The position numbers were made by a program, and so were the translations under genes. A stretch of 64,000 nucleotides of DNA from a virus, in the IMG/VR virus record IMGVR_UViG_3300042691_017212, positions 6,114 to 70,113 of that record. One strand, written 5' to 3'. Under the pieces are notes generated by a model. The model was not told the origin of the DNA. It saw only the letters and a program-made list of their open reading frames with translations, and searched no databases. Every line of letters starts with the position of its first letter. Position 1 is the first letter of the stretch. This document shows, in pieces, positions 39,401-47,000 of the stretch.

Positions 39401-39716
39401 ATCTAGTCCAATAGAGTATGATACTAGATCTGATACAGACTCTGACAACATAGAGCCATTAATTTTAAATACGAATTGGATACAGTCAGAATCAGATGCA
39501 AAAAAACTGGCCGAGTGGATAAAGTCTACTGTACTTAATAAAGGTAGAATAATTAATATAGAGTCTTTCGGTAACCCATTGATTTCTCCAGGTGATATTG
39601 TTTCAATTAATTACCCGTTACAGTCATTATCTGGCAGCGCCAAATATATAGTTACTAAGGTGTCTAATAGATTTGAGGAGGGGATTTCTACTTCAGTAAG
39701 CTGTCGAGCTATTTGA
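36441..39716 (+). CDS. Tail tip/baseplate hub protein
   Basis: Position; C-terminal NWIQSESDA..GNPLISPGDIVSI motif. Confidence 0.65.
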   Translation: MISASESLKNLLKTSNYISTSAGALIEYNLNTMVEYIKAESFGADHVLSNAFKKLFPIDTIYKPFRPLEPGIKYLVNTSGNTDTPTDSYQSVRTVGMSNKPRLYYPGPDTYYKYWMGPKNSNINISLSYFANEEKTTPKIIVTNKVVARFETSHDTPTSWTIKATKEDGSEVTLGTGTALNSKGEAVVYYNGTSWVTTEPLLYTNTQSFKKVSLQAVNSNTGKFLAVLELSPKWVLDVTQDVVSFEVNKETDQEGFLPVGTITANMLSISLNKFKQNEKNIVEYNRSGSIDNTKLYLFKNAVIRPYINIKNGQDDNKIYQGHFYMHSWQISEFGQAEIAALDSAKILQETLCPEVLVENGSISLIIKRILDSVGFSNYRIYVKTDSNNNVIDDSLPTLTYWWTSSEETVWEALQNVCRDFQINAFVDEYNVLNFYSRDYIYDSARDSVWKFTSEPLVEGSITILPNIISYSSEEQASANEVRIRYAVPSVYQGQDSGQPLWESDTYILGAGALSQDLGLNDEYFNLETTTFDTAQTNQLLGGYSGYILLNNEIVEYDGIEYQYVPLDSTTDNPVPVIIKSASDIAKYVNLSKKNTLTKQYFTATGRYKIKTRGALSTEDAKRIHQKSPSSYINSTPGSDPDKFNMYKIDITTAQDKGYKPGQGSFKAPVNPMTKTVSKAFLSLSNLDQDKRTFDVATKQFSSVDNTKNYFAFGTRMFFDSQFESPEQAGGLAIFTDPEGKYGYYLILRSTAFAGLKKDLMLVKQWKVGNKTGIKVLKDSQDNSFSTLAGIYAGSAYNIDVIVKKEVGKNTITVFVNGFKMIAQDVMFESGESEVNPVIPTKNIGVHCGQGVVYFEYIYAKDISKEEYDNLSVKSGMDYVGVYSDDSLSLLNGDLIYSAGETVDSRKGSLIEFGSTAREIRKIKTVYSDRPAIPNYVRTGNNRYANVLAQRIQPFSFETYVLNNTSTSIPLHDGEFASFYVSGSRISKSSPIEYDTRSDTDSDNIEPLILNTNWIQSESDAKKLAEWIKSTVLNKGRIINIESFGNPLISPGDIVSINYPLQSLSGSAKYIVTKVSNRFEEGISTSVSCRAI

Positions 39717-39724
39717 CAGCCAAA

Positions 39725-39733
39725 TGGTATAAT
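39725..39733 (+). promoter_or_regulatory. Extended -10 TGGTATAAT; leaderless start at 39740
   Basis: The -10 ends 6 nt before the ATG. Confidence 0.6.
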
Positions 39734-39739
39734 AAATAA

Positions 39740-40087
39740 ATGACAATAGAAGCTGGTAAAATTGCCCCAATTATTTCTGATAACGATAAACTGTTAGCAG
39801 AAGTTTGGAAGGCTAAGCCAAAGGAACAGTTTAAAGGAGTCAACGGCTCTTTTCCGTTTGGCAGTTCGGGATCTGTATCAGGTGGACCAAAAGACCCAGA
39901 AGACCCATCTGAAAAAGGAAGACCTCAACTTAGCGATATCCAATATCTAGGATCAGAAACTTATTATGATGCTTCTGGAATGCAAATGGCAAAATCTAAA
40001 TTTAGAATTTATAATTCTAGTGGAGAAGAACTAGAAAAGTATGCATTGATAATTACCCTATCTGATCAACAAGGAGGACGGGCATGA
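39740..40087 (+). CDS. Hypothetical tail-region protein
   Basis: Clean ORF coupled to the next gene. Confidence 0.55.
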   Translation: MTIEAGKIAPIISDNDKLLAEVWKAKPKEQFKGVNGSFPFGSSGSVSGGPKDPEDPSEKGRPQLSDIQYLGSETYYDASGMQMAKSKFRIYNSSGEELEKYALIITLSDQQGGRA

Positions 40088-40944
40088 TAACAAAATTTGG
40101 CAAAAGATTTTTAACAAATTTTATTGCTGGCAATTCATCTTTTTCAAATAAAGAAATAGCAATAGGTATAGCTACTAATAACGAGTATGAATTGTCAGAT
40201 ACAAATTCAAGGCTAGGTTTTGAATTTCACAGAATCCCAGCACGTGAGGGCGGAATAGATATAGATGCTTCAGTTACTCCTACAAAGTATACAGTAGTAT
40301 ACTCAGCAACAATACCCACAAATGTTGCAGGTAGAATAAATGAAATAGGTCTATACCCTGGAATCAGAAATTCAAAAAATTATTTTGACAGCAAGTTTAT
40401 AACAGATTTTGAACTGCCGTTTGACTGGAGTCCAACACCAGATATTGATGAATCAAACTTTAGGGTGGGGAATAGCTCTCTTGTATTTAAATCAAATGGA
40501 ACAACTCAGCAAGAGTATAGGTTGCCATTGGGTAATTTTGATTTGTCTGGGTATAATGCATTAGACACAATATGTTTTTCATATAGAGTAAATAACTTGT
40601 TTTTGTCACAAATAAAACTTAGATTTTATAGCTCTGACGTAGCTTACTATGAAGTTGTTTTTGATGGACATTCTTCTGGAGATAATATTAAAGAAAAAAA
40701 TATTTCTGATTTAGTTGCAACGAACTCTCCTAATATAAATAATATAACAAGTTTGGGAATAGTTATTGTTCCAACAACTGGAGAAGCGTCTGTGTCTGTA
40801 GATGGTTTAAGAATAAATGATGAGGACACATTTGACCCATCATATGGATTAATTGCAAGATCAGTTTTACCAACTGAAGTAATAAAAGTTTTAGGTAGAG
40901 AGTCACAAATAGAATTTAAACTAGATCTATCTTTCGGAGATTGA
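40084..40944 (+). CDS. Tail/baseplate protein
   Basis: MITKFGKRFL..IAIG..LGFE..INEIGLY pattern of fibre-attachment proteins. Confidence 0.55.
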   Translation: MITKFGKRFLTNFIAGNSSFSNKEIAIGIATNNEYELSDTNSRLGFEFHRIPAREGGIDIDASVTPTKYTVVYSATIPTNVAGRINEIGLYPGIRNSKNYFDSKFITDFELPFDWSPTPDIDESNFRVGNSSLVFKSNGTTQQEYRLPLGNFDLSGYNALDTICFSYRVNNLFLSQIKLRFYSSDVAYYEVVFDGHSSGDNIKEKNISDLVATNSPNINNITSLGIVIVPTTGEASVSVDGLRINDEDTFDPSYGLIARSVLPTEVIKVLGRESQIEFKLDLSFGD

Positions 40945-40945
40945 T

Positions 40946-43900
40946 ATGGCAGAAAAAAATCAAGATTTAGGAATTACTCAAAAACAAGATGGCGACTATA
41001 CAGATATCGTCATACCAGATCTTGATTTACTAACCACATATGGATTGCAGGTGGCATGGGTTTATGCTGACAAGCAAAAAGGCACAAGCGATTTTTCTGA
41101 TGTATTTGAGTTCACAACCCCAGGACCAACTAGACCAGAAGTAACTAATGTTGTTTGGGTTTGGGAAGGTACAACTTTAAAGGGAACCTGGGACAATGCA
41201 AGCAATAATGCAAAAACATATCAAATATATTTAACTCCAGTTGGAGGAACTTCAGATCTAGAAAGATCTTGGACCAGATCGGCAGATCAAACCCAAACAA
41301 AGCAAATGTTCACATTGACTAAGGATTCTAATATTGGAAACTTTGGTAAAATATTTAGAACGCAATTCACTGGAAAAATAAAAACAACTTATTTAGACGG
41401 AACGACAAGCGGTGTTTCTTTTACTACACCAGCATACGCAGATCCAGTATGTACAGCAACTATATCAGATTCTAGCTGGTCTGTTCTTTCTGTACCAAAT
41501 GGTATATCTGTTTCTTGGCAAGATGATATAACAAAAGCGGAAACCTATAAATATACTAATGTTTATGTTTCTACATCACAGTCTGGACCCTGGGTACAAT
41601 ACAGTGGTACAAGTCCAGTTCAAATACCTCTTTACAATTTTAATACACATTACGTAAAAATAAATCATTTTTCATCTAGCGAATGCGAGTCTACTACTTC
41701 TTCTATTAAAGAAGGAAAAGCTTACGATCCAATAGCTTTTGATGATATACCTCCAGATCCAGTACAGCCTCCAGTTACAGCTGCGTGGAATACTGATAAG
41801 GCATTAGTTGTCTCTTATAAGATGCCAGCACAAAATTTGCCCACATACGTAAAAATATTTTTAACATATAACGGTACAACAAAATGGTTTGAAAAAACTG
41901 TTACAACGTCTACAGCAAACGCATCAACATCATCTATAATAAATAGGCAAGAATTCATAGACGCATTTGGCGAGTCTCCAAATAGTTTCACCGCTGGATA
42001 TATAACAGACATGGATGTTTATAGAAATGAAAATACAACTCAAGTTCCTATTTCAAATATAACTACAGCGGTTAAGCCAAACCCACTGCTTGGTAAAACA
42101 ACCACTATATCCGTTACTGGAGCTGCAAATGCTTATGTTGTTTCTTCTAATTTAGACTCTAAAGCAACAGGCATTAAAGTTTATCAAAGCTCTACTGAAA
42201 ATGGAACCTATACTTTAGTTGCATCTAGCAATTCAAGCCCAGTTATAGTTTATGATGAATCTAGTGCAGGGAGTACTGTTTGGGTAAAAGCACAATGGAC
42301 ATCTGAAGATGGAAATGCAGAAATGTCTGCAGCCACTTCTGTTTTAATACTTGATGTTGGTGCATTGTCAATTATTGAAAATCCAATTAAAATAAAAACA
42401 GATGGATCCATATTTGCGGGCACACTTGATTCTAATGATGAGCCAGTCTTAACTGGAGCCAGAGCGGTATTTAATAAGCGTGGATTCTTTTTATACGATG
42501 ATAACGATGCAAATGGACTAAATCCAACCACACAAATAATTGGTGAAGACAATGGAATAACTGCAACATTTATTACCAAGAAAGCTAGAATAGCAAATTG
42601 GACTATTTCTGATAATAAAATAGAAAATACTTTAAATGCTACAGCTGGAAGCTATGCTGGATTATCTCCAAATGGAACTTACGCCTTTTGGGCAGGCGGT
42701 GGAGTAGCTGGAGGGTATTCGGTAGATTCTAGTCAAGATGCAAAATTTTCCGTAACTCCTTCTGGAAATGTGATAGCAAGAAATATTAAAGTTTTAGGTG
42801 GAGAAATAACAGTAGGTAGTAAATTTAATGTAGACACACAAGGAATTATTACCGCAACAGATGCTAATTTAACAGGAACAATTAAGGCACAATCTGGAAT
42901 TTTAGGATCTGTAGACATAGGTGGCTCCATGATAATAGGTGGGGTAGCAACAAATGTAGATGGTCAATTAAGAGTAACGGTATCTGGAGCAACTGGGGGT
43001 AAGGTAGAAATTGGAAAATTTACCTCACCAGCTACTGGCACTGGCATAGTAACAGTTGGTGCTGGTATTCAGGTTACCAATACAAGCGGTGGTTGGTATG
43101 CACAATTAGACCCAACAAATGGAATCGTGGCAAAGAAGGGCTCTATCGGCGGTTGGAAAATTGATGAATTTACTTTAAGTGCATATGCAAATAAAGTTGG
43201 AATGCATGCGCCAGCCATCCCAAACGATAATTCTGTAGCATTTTGGGCTGGAGGATTAATAGATAATCCTAAATTTAAAGTTACATATGGTGGATTGCTA
43301 GAAGCAATTAATGCAAAAATATATGGAGAGGTTAGATCTAATACAGCCAAGTTCGGTACATTTAATGATTCTAATTTTACTACTTTAGAAAAAGGCTGGG
43401 AGGTTGATGGGGCACAAATAAAATCTACAAAATTAACTGCTAGTGGAGCTCCAGTATTTTTAGATGGAGAATGGGGAGCAATTTCTGGAGCAAATGTAAT
43501 AGCTTCAGTTTTGTGGTTAAATCCAATAAGTGCACAAGTTGCAGCTGCAGAAACCCCAGAGGCTTCTGCTGATTATGGATATGATTATATTTCTTCTGCT
43601 GGACATTTCAGGCTTGGATCTGGTAAAATTAGGTATAGCTCTTCTGCTGGATTAACTATAAATGCAAACTTAACTGCCTCAAATTTATACTTAGGAGACA
43701 CTGCTGGTTCTGCAGATTATATAATTGGAAAAGCTGGAGATGGAAGATCTGCTGGAGATTTTCGTTTAGGCGCAGGCGCCATAACAAATACCAATGGAGT
43801 ATTTAAAATAGCAACAAATCAGATATACATGCCAAGCTCTGCTAGTATCGACGACAACGATGGTACCTTCGGAGATTCAACTATAGTTGTTGCTGATGTC

Positions 43901-44083
43901 GGCTACGAATCTAGACTAGTAAGAGGAAGAGCTCTTTGGTATGGAGGAAATAATGCTCCAACAAATATAACAAGTAGATATGGATTTAACGTAGCATTTG
44001 GAGCAAATCAAGGAAACGGAAGATTTACTTCATCAAACCCAGGTAATTTTACCAAGGGCGATTTATGGTTACAGAGAGTGTAG
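40946..44083 (+). CDS. Tail fibre/minor tail protein with FN3-like domains and beta-stranded GxIGGW repeats
   Basis: FSVTPSGNVIA, GTIKAQSG and GSIGGWKID motifs; C-terminal GDLWLQ. Confidence 0.65.
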   Translation: MAEKNQDLGITQKQDGDYTDIVIPDLDLLTTYGLQVAWVYADKQKGTSDFSDVFEFTTPGPTRPEVTNVVWVWEGTTLKGTWDNASNNAKTYQIYLTPVGGTSDLERSWTRSADQTQTKQMFTLTKDSNIGNFGKIFRTQFTGKIKTTYLDGTTSGVSFTTPAYADPVCTATISDSSWSVLSVPNGISVSWQDDITKAETYKYTNVYVSTSQSGPWVQYSGTSPVQIPLYNFNTHYVKINHFSSSECESTTSSIKEGKAYDPIAFDDIPPDPVQPPVTAAWNTDKALVVSYKMPAQNLPTYVKIFLTYNGTTKWFEKTVTTSTANASTSSIINRQEFIDAFGESPNSFTAGYITDMDVYRNENTTQVPISNITTAVKPNPLLGKTTTISVTGAANAYVVSSNLDSKATGIKVYQSSTENGTYTLVASSNSSPVIVYDESSAGSTVWVKAQWTSEDGNAEMSAATSVLILDVGALSIIENPIKIKTDGSIFAGTLDSNDEPVLTGARAVFNKRGFFLYDDNDANGLNPTTQIIGEDNGITATFITKKARIANWTISDNKIENTLNATAGSYAGLSPNGTYAFWAGGGVAGGYSVDSSQDAKFSVTPSGNVIARNIKVLGGEITVGSKFNVDTQGIITATDANLTGTIKAQSGILGSVDIGGSMIIGGVATNVDGQLRVTVSGATGGKVEIGKFTSPATGTGIVTVGAGIQVTNTSGGWYAQLDPTNGIVAKKGSIGGWKIDEFTLSAYANKVGMHAPAIPNDNSVAFWAGGLIDNPKFKVTYGGLLEAINAKIYGEVRSNTAKFGTFNDSNFTTLEKGWEVDGAQIKSTKLTASGAPVFLDGEWGAISGANVIASVLWLNPISAQVAAAETPEASADYGYDYISSAGHFRLGSGKIRYSSSAGLTINANLTASNLYLGDTAGSADYIIGKAGDGRSAGDFRLGAGAITNTNGVFKIATNQIYMPSSASIDDNDGTFGDSTIVVADVGYESRLVRGRALWYGGNNAPTNITSRYGFNVAFGANQGNGRFTSSNPGNFTKGDLWLQRV

Positions 44084-44091
44084 CGTGAATC

Positions 44092-47000
44092 GTGCCTATA
44101 TATAGAAAAGCAAATCCTGGAGATCCTGGTGAGTCAGGCGGATGGATAAGATTAAAAAACATATATCGAAAAGCAGACCCTGGAGATCCTGGTGAGTCAG
44201 GCGGATGGATAAAGTTAAAATCAGTTTGGAGATTTTTGGGTGGGTCTTCCTGGGAAAGAGTATTTGGAATTTTATGTCCTTACTCTACTGGCTCTGAAAA
44301 TGTTCCAAAGTTTTACTTTATAGAATCTCCATACACGTCTACAGCAAACAAAAGCCAAGACGCAGATAGGTACTCTGGAGCGGCGTGGCAAAACTCAAAA
44401 ATTTATATAACAAGAGGTAAATGGGAAGAAAGCCCAATATACTTTGAGTTTACATTTCAAAAATCTTTAAATGGCGGAAGCTTTACAAATATAGGAAGTC
44501 CAATAGTAAAAACATATACTTCTTATAATGATAATCAATCTACCGATTTTTTTCCTGCATCATCATCAAATTGGCCTCTTATATCTCTTAGCGATGTACA
44601 AAATTCTGCTAAGTATAGAGTTAAGGTAAGAGCATCAGACACTAATCCTGCTTCAGAATCAGATTTGGATTGCTCTCTTGTTTATTACCCAATAGAAAAT
44701 GGCATATCTCCAAGACTTAAATTTGCTTTTAATCCATATGGAGCAGACAATGACCCAAATATTAGCGGTGTTTCAGAAAATCAATCTTTGTCTAATTATG
44801 TAAATAAACAATTAGCTATACAATGGAGATACAACACTACTTTAGTTCCTACTAACCAAAATTCTAATTCATACAAGCATCAGATTGTCTGGATGGAATC
44901 TATGGAAGGGGAAGTAGTTTTTGGACCAATAGACGTTCCAGTTACTAATACTGCTACTCAGTCGTATACAATAAATTATCCTCAGTCTGTAGCAGACGCT
45001 GGAGGGGAATATGTTGTTAATGTTTTAACAGTTGCAAATGATGGTTACTGGTCAGCAAATTCTTTACAAGGCCATATAGACAGTCTGGAAGAAACAAGTA
45101 ATTTAGCTAGCTTCTTATGGACACTTCCAACCAAACCAGTAACAGATAATACTCATGATATAGGATCTAATTCTAAAAATAATAGAGGAAGAATAGGATC
45201 TACAGCAGTACTGCTTTCAAAAGGAAATTGGACAAAGGTAACAGAAGAAACTACATATCTGTATAAAATGAGGATATACGACACTAATCCTTTAGACCCC
45301 ATTGATGTTATTTCAAATGATACTGGAGTTTTTTCTATATCAAGTCAATATGTTGGTAAGCAAGCAAGATTTACAGTTACGGCAACAAACCCTGGAACAT
45401 CACTATTAATAAATAGACAGACAGAGTCTATTGGAAAAGACTATAGCATAGACAGTCCACCTGTAGTAACAATAACTTCTCCAACAAGTAATGTTATATC
45501 CGCAAATACTAATTTTCAGATAGAAGCAACTATAACCAATTACCCAACACAAATTACTGTTAATACCACCATTGCAGGTGCCTCTGCAGCTAAAGATGGT
45601 TCATCTGACTACAACAATGTCGTAATATCAATTCCATCAAATACTGCTATATATGATTACTCAAGCCCACAATTGCAATATCCATCTGGTGGAAATAGAT
45701 TAATACAAATTACAGCTGAGCCAGAAGGATCTTATGATTTTAAAAATATAACAGTGCCACTTTCCTCTATAACTCCAGGAACAGTAGAGCTAGTACAACC
45801 TTGCGGAGATGGGAAATTTGCAGTGGGAGACTACTTTAATATTGTACCAGTAGGCTGGGTTGGAGACAATGGAGGAGATCCCGATCTAATATTAAATTAT
45901 CAATATCGTTATTTTGTCAATGGAGTTCCAAGAGAGTATAACGACGAGATACCAAATAGAATTGGAGATTTCGGAGAGTCAGTAGGCGATGTGGTTAGAG
46001 GTGAAGTTAAGTCAGCATTTTTAAATCCAATTGATTTATCTAAGAGTGTGGAGACAGACTGGATACCTTCTCAAAATTATACAATTGTTGCTGGTCCAAC
46101 ATACGGCGACTGGGGATTCTGGAGCATTTGCACAGATGTAGATGGTGTAAAGAAAAGTTCAAGATCAAGAACAGAAACTGTTTGCGGAGTCACCACTACT
46201 AAAACAGAAACAAAGAATTGCGGATGGTATTGTACAACAGTTGGTCAAGGAGCTACATGTACTTGCACACAAACCGTAGAAGCTACAAACATAAGTGGAA
46301 CTGGTTCTGGATTTTCTACATCATGTAGTGAATCAGGATTTCCTTCATGCCAAGCACCATGTACATGTAATTCAACAGAAGAGGCAAAATGTACTGCATG
46401 GGTTAGAACCTATACGGCTGATTGGTCCGCTTTTGGAGAATGTTCTGCAACTGTATTCGGAATTCCTGGAACAAAAACTCAAACTCGACCTTATGTTGAA
46501 ACTAGAATTTGCCCAACTGGATCTAGTTCAACTAATGAAAATGGAGTTACAACATTAATACTACCCTCGCCTTGCCAAACTTCCAGAACTGGAACTCATG
46601 TAAATTCTGTTTCATGTTGTAAGGTTGGAACAGAGACATTTGATCCAAGAACAATATATGGTCAATATTCTGAATGGACTGCATGCGGCACTGCCCCATC
46701 TAAATCAACAAGAACTAGAAATATTACTCAAAGAGTTAGTACTAGAACTTATAATGAAGATTGTACCTATACAGATGGCACTAGCGACACTGTTACTGTA
46801 GATACCGAAACTGCTGATTGCTGGTATTGTACAGAAAATTATCAAGGGGTTAATTGCATTCCATGTGGATACTCAACTGCAATTTTTAATAATAGTGGAA
46901 GTGGTTCTGGTTACATCAGGTCTTGCAGCACTGCTGGATATCCGTCATGTTCAATAAATTGCGTTTGTAATTCTACTGAAGAAAGTAAATGTACAAATTG

